The notes below the pieces were generated by a model. It was not told where the DNA came from, made no database searches, and saw nothing but the letters and a program-made list of their open reading frames with translations. Position numbers and translations under genes: made by a program. Below, piece after piece: positions 24,401-36,779 of a DNA stretch of 64,000 nt. Source of the DNA: Leptogorgia sarmentosa (Eukaryota); NCBI GenBank assembly GCA_964658305.1, contig OZ210885.1, forward strand, positions 1,488,001 to 1,552,000, given 5' to 3'. Position 1 is the first letter of the stretch; every line of letters begins with the position of its first letter.

Positions 24401-27400
24401 TAAGACGTCAACTGGTTGTTCCATGTTTGTAACCACTTGTTCACAACTTCTGACAAGCTTAACGGGAGTGTCCGAGTTGTTACGAGGATGCCCTGACAAC
24501 CCTGAAGGAGACAGACCCGTTTTCACATGGAAGATTGTCATATTAACAACACGAGGCTGCAACATGCAGTATTGGTTCTGTATCAGTCTTGTTGCAACAA
24601 ACCTAACTAATAATCCCGGCAAGCTGGTTACTATAGGTTCCTAGCAGCTTTTTCCAAACTTGTTCTAACAAAATTGGAACAACTTATCACAATATTTTCG
24701 TGGATTCTTCACGATGCAGCATCCTCGATTAAAGTACAGTCCAATCTAATCTAATCTAAATATTATCAAATTATAAACTAATCTAATCTAATTATAATTT
24801 ATAATCTAATCTAATTATAAACTAATCTAATTATAATCTAATCTAATTATAATTAATCTAATTATAATCCGATTCGATCATTTGATTTAATTTTATTTAA
24901 TTTAGCAGTAGCAGAGTAAGAGATGGTACCTGTTTCAATAGCTTGTTCCATCGCCAACTTTAATCTCGCCAAAGTTTTATCTTTCTGAACTTGTTTTGGT
25001 TTCTCTAACAGCAGTTGATCAAGGGAATATTTCAAAGGTACACCAGCGTCCTTGGTTTGAGGAATATAAGGACTGATGGGGGTAAAAGGACTGGCAGTTA
25101 TTGGAGTCGTAGCTTTCTCTGGTGTTCTTACACCAGGCTTGAGGCGGTTGTCAGAAAGGAAAGCAACGGGATTGAAGAGTTCTTCATCCGTCGAAGAATC
25201 TTTATCACTGTCGATTTCATCTTCAGTATCATCCTCTAAATAAATAACAGACCATTTACGTCCAAGTGCATAGTGGCGACAACGTACGGTTTTTCCGAGA
25301 CATCGCATGCTCAGTTTTAACTTAAGTTTGGACACAGGTCACATGACCACGCTTTCGATCATTTGATTTAATTTTATTTAATTTAGCAGTAGCAGAGTAA
25401 GAGATGGTACCTGTTTCAATAGCTTGTTCCATCGCCAACTTTAATCTCGCCAAAGTTTTATCTTTCTGAACTTGTTTTGGTTTTTCTAACAGCAGTTGAT
25501 CAAGGGAATATTTCAAAGGTACACCAACGTCCTTGGTTTGAGGAATATAAGGACTGATGGGGGTAAAAAGACTGCCAGTTATTGGAGTCGTAGCTTTCTC
25601 TGGTGTTCTTACACCAGGCTTGAGGCGGTTGTCAGAAAGGAAAGCAACGGGATTGAAGAGTTCTTCATCCGTCGAAGAATCTTTATCACTGTCGATTTCA
25701 TCTTCAGTATCATCCTCTAAATAAATAACAGACCATTTACGTTCAAGTGCATAGTGGCGACAACGTACGGTTTTTCCGAGACATCGCATGCTCAGTTTTA
25801 ACTTAAGTTTGGACACAGGTCACATGACCACGCATTCTTACTGGACACTTTAAAACACAGTATGCATACAGGGTGTCCCAAAAAAGTACCCTCTATAGAA
25901 ATCACTCATTCGTTGTTAATCTCAGGTTATTACATCACTGTAAATTTAAATTTAAATTAGCTTCTGATGAACAGCAACACAAACACGTACGTGTTGTTAT
26001 AAATACTTCTGTCGTTCATGAACCATTCAATTCAATTCTCAGAGATATAACAATGCAAGCGTAACAACAAAAGAGCTGATTTCTATGGAGGGAACTCCAT
26101 TCTCAGTGTACAGATATTTTCAACATTACCTATGATGATAGTTTCTGACAATTGTCGACAATCCATGTTTTTAGTGTTTGTCACATATTGCTCTGGACAT
26201 GCATGTTCTTCATTGCCTGTTGTAAAACAATCAGATTCACTAACGTTTTCTTTGTTTTCTTCTGTTGCCATTGTTTCTGGTTCTTCCGTTAATGATGGAG
26301 TTTTCTTTCTTCTTGTCTTCCTGTACGTAACGTTATTCAATTTTTCACGCGACAAACTAGCGTCTCTCCGGACTCTCCTGATGGAATCCTCTGGTTCCAT
26401 TGACAAGCACTGTTCAGAGTTATCACACATAGAACCGACGTGATCACTTTCGTCAGAAAGTTTCTTTTCGCTTTGGAAATGTTTAGCCGACATATCACTT
26501 TTGTATTCACTTGGGCGCAGTTTTGAACCAACAATTGAATTTTCCAAAGAATCGCAATGATCCTCAGTCTCTTTTTCTGAATTCAAACTGGAACTGTTCG
26601 CCTTATCCCTCTTACGTATTGCACGACTTTTGTCTTCTAACACAGAACTGACGTTTAATTCTGGTGAATGGTTCGAGTCTAAATGGTCAAATAAGGATTT
26701 CTTTGCTCTCTTCTGTATGGTGTCCTTCCGTGATGAATTATCTTTGCAGCCTTTCTTCACGTCTTGTTCATTGTGTAATAACTTGTTTACATTTTTCTTG
26801 TTCAATGCGTTTTTATCAACAATTTCACTAGTATTATTGGCTTTGATCTCTGATTCAATTCCTTGCACAGTTTTAGTTTTTGTGTTGTTCTCAGGATGTG
26901 GAACTTTGCCAGAAACCTTTGTCGGTGAAATATCACAAATTTTTACAACAGCAGTCAATTGTTTGGCTTTGATATCTGTGCAATATAAAATGACCAAATA
27001 AAGTTTCACTGTTAGAAATATTTCAGGGAGCTTTACAGCAGTTTTAGCACAGAAAACGAAATTTTTGCCACCATAAGGTCAAGGCTAGCCCATTGGCAGT
27101 TGGTGGTATTTATTTATATATTTCTTGTGAAATGAATAAACGAAAACATCCATCCAGTTTCATACATAACATACGCATGCATGCGACATACGTAATGTAT
27201 ATGCATTAGTGAGCTTAAGCAAGAGACGTCGGGGTTAGGGTTAACATACCTGGATGCTTCTTGAAAAATTTAGTGATGGGGGGAGTTCTAAAGAAAATTA
27301 TATAATTAGGCATTAAACACGAAAATGGTTAGGTCCAAAGTTTCTCCCATGGTTATTTGACAAATAGGTCAGATTAAGTTACAGATCATGACTGCATTAC

Positions 27401-28632
27401 TAATGGAGAGCAGCAATCTTGTATCAACATTGAAAAATAAAACCAGCGCATCAACGTTCATTGCAAAGTTTGTATCATCCAAGCATTCTGCACCGTGGAT
27501 CACAAATACAAATTTGTTGCTGACACACAATTGTTAGGATACCTCAAAATGACATTAAATTGAAAGATCAATGCTATTGGTCAATGCCTCTATAATATTT
27601 GTCAATGGCCCTATACTATATTACAGCTTGTTAAAGTAAAGTAAACACTGCAAAAACAGAAAATTCCCCAGAAATACAAGAAGAAGTTCTAAAGAAATGA
27701 GTCGTTGTTTTTCAGCCTGCCCGTGGTGTGGATACATACTCAGAATCACAATAACATTCTGCACATGAGTACATCATAACATCAACAATCACATTAAAAC
27801 CCTATGGTAGTTTGCTTAATGGTATATGAACAATATGGTCACACATGCTCGAGAGAACGACTTAACCTCCATTGAATACAAAAATACCTGATTGCAGAAT
27901 TATGTTGAATGGGCTAGTATGATCAGTCTCATTCACCATTCATTGGTAAAATTAATGCGCTGGAATCGAGTAAAGCAGTTTATATATGCACAGAATATCA
28001 GACCAAATAGGGCAATAGCTACCATGGGAGTCATGGTGCTAATTAGTTCTTGGTTTGATTAACAGTGACTCTGGTGTATTTCGGTGGGGGGAGGACTTTG
28101 TTTTTTTTTTGAGGTGTTTATATTAACTGGGCCTGAGTACAAGAAGCATTTTCAACTGTTGAGATTTCAGCCTTGCCTTCACTATCCAGTATCTAGCATT
28201 ACAGAACATCAGCTTTCGATCGAGCACAGCCTGGACCTGATCATTTTGTAATCGTTTGTCCCAAAGGCCAAAGTTGAAGTTGTGAGATGGTGCATGGTTA
28301 GTGCCCCTAATAGGAACTACATATTTTTATTCATGCACAATGATCTGCAGGGCTGAGAATGCTCCATGTATTCAGGCCCTGAAACTATGTTGAAGATAAA
28401 CTTAAATAAATGCAAAAAGTATATAATAATTGTTAAGATTCCGCTTGATGTATTCCATACAAAACAGCTGCAATTTATGTCAAATACCACAACAGAAATT
28501 TGCATACTTCATTGTATATGGGCTTTTAAAGCATATTGGGAAATGATTTACTGTATTCTAAGGTCATAATGTAATAAAGAAGAAGCGATCCTACCCGTTA
28601 ACACTTTTGCCAGCCTTTGACTTTCGTTTCAT
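18466..28632 (-). CDS. SLF2: SMC5-SMC6 complex localization factor 2 (FAM178 family)
   Basis: Exons: 28632-28595, 27287-27250, 26975-26130, 25716-25411 and/or 25235-24930 (duplicated exon), 24384-24340, ~24043-23918, 23408-23145, 22793-22615, 22016-21782, 21300-21073, 20726-20595, 20134-20048, 19647-19579, 18783-18466. A low-complexity N-half is followed by FAM178-like motifs: YSLDQLLLEK, CPSPVLQWLF, WIPSVQNVIKVF, SLD, HRNILRVVQLQP...RGR, LNVVVG-like, HSDIKDP..FISRSKVKDLV. Phases are consistent. Confidence 0.8.
18871..19398. mobile_element. Palindromic MITE interrupted by a nested hAT-type MITE
   Basis: Outer arms AACCATAGGTAG..CTCAGTCC / GGACTGAG..CTACCTATGGTT. The inner element at 18969-19326 has G/C-run termini and an 8-bp TSD GGACTGAG (18961-18968, 19327-19334). 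Confidence 0.85.
24745..24868. repeat. AT-rich (TCTAA)/(ATTATA) microsatellite-like tract
   Basis: Direct reading of the sequence. Confidence 0.8.
24875..25832 (-). repeat. 481-bp tandem duplication containing a complete SLF2 exon
   Basis: 24875-25351 and 25356-25832 differ by only a few substitutions. Confidence 0.95.
25868..26095. mobile_element. Tc1/mariner-type MITE (same family as 11211-11406), right end degraded
   Basis: TA|CAGGGTGTCCCAAAAAAGTACCCTCTATAGAAATCACTC...AACAACAAAAGAGCTGATTTCTAT. Confidence 0.65.
27708..27757 (+). mobile_element. 3' fragment of the tRNA-derived SINE
   Basis: TTTTTCAGCCTGCCC..GTGTGGATA..ACTCAGA.TCACAATAACAT matches the tail of the element at 34113-34239. 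Confidence 0.6.
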
Positions 28633-29155
28633 AATACATAGGGGGCTTTCAAATGTAACAGTTTACTTTTCCCGCTCGTTCCCGCCAGAATGATCAATAT
28701 TTGCCCGAAGTTCGAACGACGATTTTCCGAAAAAGACACGATATCTAAAAATAGGTACACATAGTGTCCATTTATCTGCGTCTATGGCGCTGTTACACGA
28801 ACACGATGCAATTTTTCTTGCAACTTGCAACGCAATTGCGCTTTTAAGACATGTAAATTAGTGAAGACTGTTTGATTTGTAAAGAATACATTAGGAAAAT
28901 CGATAAAGACTCGTACTTTGCCAATTTTACATCTCTTAATAGTAGAATTGGGATGCAAGTTGCGAGAAAAATTGCATCGTGTGACAAGGCCTTTACCAGC
29001 GCAGTGATCAAACTTGGCAACTTTTTATAATTACTAAACATATAATCACCTCTCGAGATCGGTTAATATTTGTTATGTATGAATTATAATCTCTACAGTC
29101 TACACTTTATATCTCGCCCCAGGTCTCCCTCAACCCTCACGTATTAAAATTCAAT
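28633..29155. promoter_or_regulatory. Putative bidirectional promoter between SLF2 and TTC33
   Basis: Divergent start codons at 28632 (-) and 29156 (+), about 520 bp apart. Confidence 0.6.
28786..28992. mobile_element. MITE (PIF/Harbinger-like ends) inside the divergent promoter
   Basis: Inverted ends GGC..TGTTACACGA..TGCAATTTTTCTTGCAACTTG / CAAGTTGCGAGAAAAATTGCATCGTGTGACAAGGCC. Confidence 0.65.
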
Positions 29156-32066
29156 ATGGCGGGCAGGGTGCAAACTGCAGGTACAAGTTTTTCTTGGAAA
29201 CGTAAAAGATGTAAAAATGTTTCGAATCTACGTCCTGCAACATTCACAGAAGATGATGAAGATGAACCTGATATTGAAGACTGGAGATCTTTGACAAAGA
29301 AATGCAATCGTGGCGTCCTCGAAGACAGGATTGCAAAGAGTAGTCGTTTAAAAACCGAAGGTATTGCCCTGGCCGAGTTGCAACGGTACGTAAAGTCAAA
29401 AATTGAACAACTATAGCATTAATGGAGTAATCTTTCCACAATCAAAAGCCACAATTTTCGTGTTCAATCTCCAATGTGTAGAACTACTAAGATCTTTCAG
29501 ACTTTGCCAGTTTGGCTCCAAAGAATGTAAAGTTGCTGAGTTGGTCACCAGACTCATTATCGTGTCTACTTTTTAGGGTGGGGAGTGGGGAGTGGGTAGG
29601 CATGAAATTTAAATTCTCCCAGGGTGAAGTTCTCAGCAATGTTTGCTCTATAAATTTTCTGATTTTAATGGTTTTTGACTGCTTTTGTGCTTTTGTCTGT
29701 CTCCTCAACTGAGATTTTTAGTACAAATGGAATGCTTAAAGCTTGATTTGCCACATGCCCCCTTCTAACTGGTTGTGATTACTACTTCATATCTATAGGC
29801 TTTTTAAATTTGCTGTGACATCCAAAATTATTTCAAAAGGAATGTTACCTAATCAGGATTTTGCAAAATGGAACATTTAATCTAAAATCTGATTTAAAAA
29901 TCTGAGGGTTTTTATTTTGTCAAAAGGAACGCAACTAAGATATGGCCAGCAGACATGTATAATTGAATTAAGGATGTGGCTGGGAATACTTTAAGAATTT
30001 TTTTTCAAATAACTTGTATTACCATAAAACAATAACACATATTTAGAGGAAGATAAACCTTTTGTCCTGGCTTTCTACAGCATGCTTGCAATGAGAACCC
30101 TGTACAAATTTATTTACTGGATAATTGGATGATTCTTAATTGACTGTGTTGATGTAACTGCATGGCAGGTATTGGGAGTCAATAAAAAAATGGAATGAAG
30201 CCATTCAACTTACACCAGAGTATGATGTACTACATGAAATGAAAGCACAGGTACCCCTAATAAATGCTGACATTTTACTTAATTATACATTCAATAACAA
30301 CCTCTATGCTCTGGTTGCTAGGTTAGTCCCATAATTAACTTTACATTTCATTGCATTTTACCCAATGCATTTTTCTGTTCCACCTGCCCAGATCAAAATT
30401 TACATCTTTTGTAATGATCCGAGGTTAAGCACGACAAAATTAAATTCTATCAACAAATTATATATATCTACACCATCTTCGAATTGGAATTTTTTAATCA
30501 GTGGAAAAGTCTGAGATGAGAAAAGTATGAATTCATTTATCCTGGTGCCCAGTTCAGGGAAGGTCTTCATGAAAATGAAGGTGTCCAATAATTATGAGGT
30601 GCACCTGTGGTCAAAAGCTAAATTCGTAGACTAAACCCACAATTTCATGACATGCATGAGTGGAACTCCTGTGCAACCATATGTCACAGATTTTGAATTG
30701 GTTGTTTGCAACGAGGTTGATTTGGATTTTCAGTTGAGGGGCAAGTATGAGGAAAATCGATCCATTGGTAACATTTTAACAGGTAGAGGCAGTTTAAATC
30801 TTGATAGATGTGTTACCGTTCAGTTTATCTCGCTACAACCACCCAGATACTGAGAAATATCGTGTACAAGTTGTTCGTTTGCTTGTCATTTGGGCGGAAA
30901 GTCACGTGATTGCAAACAAGCAATAAATAGTGTAACTTACTAAATTGTTAGTCCACGTATATAGAGAATATTTCACTGGCAATAATTGCATGTAACTCAA
31001 TGTGAGTATCCTTTAATGTTTACTTGCAGGTATTACTGGAACTAGATGAAATCTTCCCAGCAATTCAAGCAGCCGAGATGGCTGTCTCTCTTAATTCACA
31101 ATCTTACCATTCACTTCAAACACTTGGTCGTGCACAGATCGCAATTGGTGAAATTCAAATGGTTGGTATGCCTTGCAATGCGAAGCACTAACTTGACAAG
31201 TTGCTAACAATTATTTACCTCAATCTCGGTGATTATGTGTGAATCTTCATCCACAGTTGCAAAAAGTGTTCAACCTTCCTTCCGTGTAAAATTTCAAGTT
31301 TTTAAACTTTCCTCAAAATGCATCATGCGAATGAAGACTTTCAGGCTGCAAAATATATAAATTACATGATTAGAAATTGGCTTCTTATTCCTGATTCCTA
31401 CTGATTTCAGTAGCGGGTGAATTTCGAGGTGAATTGTTGTTAATTTTTTTGTCGACGTTGTTGTTACATGATTAATTTTGCTTTTTCTCTTTACATAATT
31501 AGGCAATTATCAGTTTTTCAAAAGCGTTGCATATCAAACCGGATTTTGAAGAGGTGATGTAGAAATAACAACTTTAATTAATATCCGATTGTGTCCAGTT
31601 TTAATTTCGACCAGTTTTAATTTCGTGAAAAATCAGTCGCGCGTGCACGCCAATTGAATGTTGTTCAACTTCTAAGCGTGCCCGAGCGCACAACATCAGA
31701 CAGAAAACGCTCAGATTCGACAACCATGGCAAAAGTTGAAACTTTTGCGCCCGCGCGGGCAAAGCGACTGCAATGGAACGTTGCCTTAAGCTACGACCTC
31801 GCGTGGCGGTTTAGCTCAGCCAAGAGTTCTCTTGTGTGGCGGGCTTAAGAATACGGAGTTAAGTACATTAAATGGTTCAGAGCAGTTAAGTAAAATTTCA
31901 CAACTTTTCCCCCAGATTGACACATTCCAAGCAACCAAATGTGTATGTTTTTCTATAGGTTCGAAATGAAGACCTGCGCTGGGCTGTTGATCTCAGAAAG
32001 GAAAGTAGAAAAAGACAAACGAACAATGAAAATGAAAGTCAGGATGGACTCGAACGACGGGAGTGA
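29156..32066 (+). CDS. TTC33: Tetratricopeptide repeat protein 33
   Basis: Exons: 29156-29385 (SFSWKRK...LKTEGIALAELQR), 30169-30250 (YWESIKKWNEAIQLTP...LHEMKAQ), 31030-31161 (VLLELDEIFPAIQAAEMAV...QTLGRAQ), 31503-31553, 31959-32066 (EDLRWA...stop). Motifs match TTC33 along its length. Confidence 0.92.
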
Positions 32067-32624
32067 AAAGCAAATTTGTATGCTCGAAAACAGGAAAAGA
32101 ACATAATTAACAAGAAATTCAATTGTGCATGACTTGTATTTCAATGTATATACGGCAGCATGCATTACGACACAAATCTCACAGTATGGCCCCGCGTCAA
32201 GTGCATGTGCGAATCCATGTGATCATTGTGGCAACCTGTCGCTCGCCTTAATAACCAAGAATTGAATGCTCAATGCCATAATTACTATATTGTGGGAACA
32301 TGAAGTAGCTACTGTGAGATTGTTTCATAACAACGCGGCAATTCTTTTTTTCGGTATATTTTTGAAAAATATTTGTCACCCCAACCCTTAACACAGCTTA
32401 AAAGCACTTCTTTGTAAAAATATGTAATATGTCAAAATAGATGTAACTTACTGAACTTACTGTGTATAAATTTGTAGAAAACTATATTTTCGTCTTCATA
32501 AATTTCGTGTTTTGAAATAAAACCATTTCACGCCGATATCTGTATCAACATGCACTAAAATATTGCTGTGTTACATGGGGTAACAACATCCCTGAATACC
32601 TCAGTGAGAAAATAGATAAAATAC

Positions 32625-32806
32625 CATGTGCGTGATTGGCTAACAGCCGTGTTGATGTGAGATTATGTAAACACAGCTATTTCCGGCTGCTTCTCGCTAT
32701 TCGGTTATTCCGCTTTTGTCATCGTGTTATTCCACACATTTCTCGTTCTCCCAAACTTGCACTCTTGTTTACATAACTTGATGTAAACATGGAAAATGTT
32801 TTCTAC
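32625..32806 (-). repeat. Interspersed repeat, inverted copy of 12710-12910
   Basis: Reverse-complement similarity to 12710-12910. Confidence 0.75.
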
Positions 32807-33432
32807 ATGCACATTAAGTAACATGGAAAAAATATTGCGGATTGGCCAGTAACCAAGTTTTCACCCGAACTCGGGACTCCATAGCAAATTTTCACAAGGA
32901 CTTAAACCAAGATATCAAATTGCATATTTCACCAATTAATCCTGGTAATACAGCGGAATTGGTGCAAAGTAATCGGGTATCACGTGAAGTGGTGTCTTCG
33001 CAGTACACTTAAATCTTTCTTCGCTTCATCGATTTCGAACAAAAAATCATGGGATTTCCAATGGTAGCAACAGCATAATTCGGTTAGCAAGTGATTAAAT
33101 AGGTGGAAGACTTTGTGGGATACTGTGATAAGCAGAGTGTCTACATTGAATCCGAACGTTCTGTGAGAATCCAAATGAGTTTTCTTGTCTAACATATGAT
33201 TTGATGACAGTGAAGATAACTAACGTAGGTGGTGGAACCTATTAATATTGCCAATATAAAAAGCTTCAACCAATTTGATTGACTGCTACATAGCCGCCAA
33301 GAAAGCTACCAGTGTAAAAAGGGACGACCAATTTTCTCTTCATGGTCAGTAAAAACTTCCACCTAAGTTTTAAACAGTGGTGTAACACAACCTCTAATGA
33401 CCCCAATCAATCGTCAAGTCCTGCACAGAGAC

Positions 33433-33610
33433 AGAATCCGGAATCCAAGGTTGGGGAATCTGGAATCCAACATTTTTTGCTTTCGAATCCAGAATTCAAG
33501 TATCTCAGGGTTCCAGAATCCAGACTCACAGTTATAATAGAGGTTCCAGAAACTACTACAAGTCTGGAATCTGGAATGCACTGAGAAAGAATCCGGATCC
33601 AAGGTTGGGG
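33433..33610. repeat. GGAATCC-motif repeat element
   Basis: Repeated (G)GAATCC/T motifs; AGAATCCGG(A)ATCCAAGGTTGGGG at both ends. Confidence 0.55.
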
Positions 33611-34112
33611 GCAAGTTTATGGGGTCACTTGTAAGAAAGCCTGAAAGCTTTCTGGAATTAAACATTGAACAGATTAAATGCGGCTTTGCCGGCCATTCAT
33701 GTAAATAGGCAAAAGTTAAGTGCAAAAAATATATTAACCAGCTTATCTTGTGTTTCAGTCTTAAACCGCGACCTTAGTGTTTTATCATAATCCGCCATAT
33801 TTTTGAGAAACATGATTGATCGCACCATGTTCCTCAATCATGCTTCTTAATTAACCATGCTTCTTAACCGTCACGTGTGAATTAATATAGTGTTTGCTAT
33901 TCTATGTCATCGCTACATGTCGACTCAAGCACGTTCCTCGTAGAAGTGAGATTAGCTAATAATAATAGTAATGTGCGAGGCCATCTTCATCCGTTGCTTT
34001 AACAATTCCTTATGCATATATCTCTCAGTGAGTCAATGGTTCCGAACAACAGCTGTTCCAGAAGTGCTTGTGCTTAAAACCGGTCTGTATCATCATACAT
34101 ATAATAATTATT

Positions 34113-34239
34113 ATGTTATTGTGATGTTACTCTGAGTATATCCACACAGGGCAGGCTGAAAAATTAGCCTGGCCTTGGGTGGGAATCGAACCCGCGACCT
34201 TTGGTTTACGAGTCCAATGCTCTACCAACTGAGCTACGA
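34113..34239 (-). mobile_element. tRNA-derived SINE (Thr-CGT-like head)
   Basis: A box TAGCTCAGTTGGTAGAGC, anticodon arm with CGT, B box GGTTCGATTCCC. The acceptor stem is not paired. A non-tRNA tail follows, which also occurs at 27708-27757. Confidence 0.8.
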
Positions 34240-34379
34240 TTTTTACAAGCGTGTCAGGAAGTTCGTTTCTTGTATAGTTTATAGCGGAATGAGCAGTTTT
34301 TCTCAATTCAAAAGGGTGCATGCAAAATTATCTACTGTTCTAAAAAGAGAAAATGCACTTCTTGTAAATAAACCATACA

Positions 34380-34835
34380 TACTGTAAAAAACTCACTGCA
34401 ATTTAGTTGTAGCCGCGTCACCTGTAAAAACTGAGCGTGAGGTCTGTACTGTGAAATATCAGACCGGGGTTTTTTAGTATGGACCGAGCGACGAAGGAGC
34501 GAGGTCAATGCAAAAAGCTGAGGTCTGATATTTAACAATACAGACCGAACAAGCGAGGTCAATAAACTGTTCATTATATGGCTGAATTGAGTATTTGAGC
34601 ATAATTACGCTTTTCGCGCGAATTAAATGCATCAATCTAAAACAATTTGACTATAATTTGCATGGTTGTTTGAAATTTGTATCTAAAATGCGAAGCGAAA
34701 TTTCCCGCCAGATAAACGACATCCGGGACACCGGTCCAGATACGGAAAATACGGACCACGGTCTGGATATGGGTTTTTACGGACCGCTTGTCAACCAATC
34801 AGAATAGAGAATTTGGAAAAACCATATAATAAAAC
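34380..34835. mobile_element. Crypton-like palindromic element
   Basis: Hairpin GAGGTCTGTACTGTGAAATATCAGACC...GGTCTGATATTTAACAATACAGACC. 34780-34833 is the reverse complement of 9192-9246. Confidence 0.55.
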
Positions 34836-35646
34836 AAATTAAAGACTTTTCTTTTGTGCGGGCACAAAAATTTCCAATATATACTGTTGATACGAAAAGA
34901 ACGAATCGCTTTGTATCCCAGTTTTAGGGTGACGCTCAATCTATAATTAATGCTTGACGATCATTGAATATTTATGTGCAGACAAATTACGAAACACGTT
35001 AATTATTGTTAATTATCTTTTATGTATAGAATAGTTCATAAAGCGTCATTGTCATTACTTACCTGCTGCATATATAGCTACAGAAGATATGCATAGCATG
35101 TTGAACTTGCAGTGAAATTCTAATCTAAATTTGGGGAATTTCTATTGGAAATATAGTTGCTTGACTATTTCAGTGGAGGTGTTTTCGTGGTACGTAACGA
35201 TAACGTTTATAATAATTTACGTGGTGGCGCAAAGCGAAAAGCTAAGAGAGCAATATTCTTCACAATAAACGTTGCAGTATCCGGAAAGGCCTAACGTAAA
35301 GTGATGTTAAAATTGTACATGTAGCATTAAGATTTTTGTAGAATATTAACAGAAAATATGAAAAGTTTAACTCGAACCAACATTTACGACAATGCTAAAA
35401 GATAGCATAAAATGGCTTATCAAACTAAGTTTATTATAGCTATTGCTTTTCGCGTTCGTTATTATTAAAAGTCGAAATAAATAATGAATTAAGACAAAAC
35501 GTTCACATTATTTTCTGTCTTATTAGCAATTTATTTCAGTTTTGTGAACTAAGAATGAAAGCTATATTTATTAATAAAGCAATATTGAAGAAACACGAGC
35601 AAATTGGTATATGTGAAGTTCGGTTCAGGCGAAACATTTAGATTGC

Positions 35647-36384
35647 CAGTAATAATTATAACTCACTAACCCTGTTATAAATTTGCTTCAACATAGCCTT
35701 ATCATTACATCACGCTAGCGAGCAATAAAAAAGTTGAGATGAAACCTCTCATGGGTTTGCCAGAAATAATTTGATATTGGGAAGTTTTATGCGAATTTTG
35801 TCATTGCCGATAATTTAGCCTTTTTTTTGACAGGTTACAGCCCTTTGTGCGCATGAATAAAATCGTAAACAAGTGCATGTGAGCCTTTCCAAGTTGGCCG
35901 GGAATATCAAACTTGCAGGATTTAGAGCAGTTTACATCAATTGTAACTCTTTTAAATGCTGCATAGTCTTGTGGTAAAAACTGTTTATTCAACGACTTAC
36001 ACGAAAAAATCTTGCAGTAATAATTATAATAATTTCCGTTATAAATTTGCTTCAACATAGCCTTATCATTACATCACGCTAGCAATAAAAAAGTTGAGAT
36101 GAAACCTCTCACATGGGTTTGCCAGAAATAATTTGATATTTGGAAGTTTTATGCGAATTTTGTCATTGCCGATAATTTAGCTTTTTTACTTAAAGACAGG
36201 TTACAGCCCTTTGTGCGCATGAATAAAATCGTAAACAAGTGCATGTGAGCCTTTCCAAGTTGGCCGGGAATATCAAACTTGCAGGATTTAGAGCAGTTTA
36301 CATCAATTGTAAATCTTTTAAATGCTGGTCTTGTGGTAAAAACTGTTTATTCAACGACTTACACGAAAAAATCTTACTGCAGTA
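35647..36384. repeat. ~365-bp tandem duplication upstream of the PAN-TLDc gene
   Basis: 35647-36020 is repeated at 36016-36384 with small indels. Confidence 0.95.
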
Positions 36385-36779
36385 AGATGTCACATGTGAC
36401 ATTTCAAAATTTGTCTGACTGCTTTAGATGCAATAAAATTTACAAAGGAACGTACAATAACCCTTGATTATACATTTTATGAGGCAAAATTATAACAAAA
36501 CCTTTTTGGTTCAAGCATAGGTCTAATAATTATACCGTAAATAATTTACATATCAATTATATAGGTATTAAGATGGATATATATATATATGACTTAATAT
36601 ATAACTCAGTAGCGGTCGTTGTCGTGTATATGTTACTTCACGGTTGCTTTGGGAATAACGCGCCTGATGGCTGATACACAATACTTCCATTCTTTTTTTC
36701 TATTAAAGGAAATTCAATTAATAGTATTCTGTCAATAATAGGCTACTGGAAAATTGGCCATTCCTCGAATTAGGCAACG

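Noticed and set aside
24862..25816. Two stand-alone 157/164-aa genes
   Set aside because: The ORFs run through intron sequence. The real coding parts are the duplicated internal SLF2 exon.
32980..33195. 71-aa minus-strand ORF
   Set aside because: No recognisable motif or supporting splice structure.
34165..34239. Functional tRNA-Thr(CGT) gene
   Set aside because: The acceptor stem cannot pair, and the sequence continues into a tail found elsewhere in the window, which indicates a SINE.
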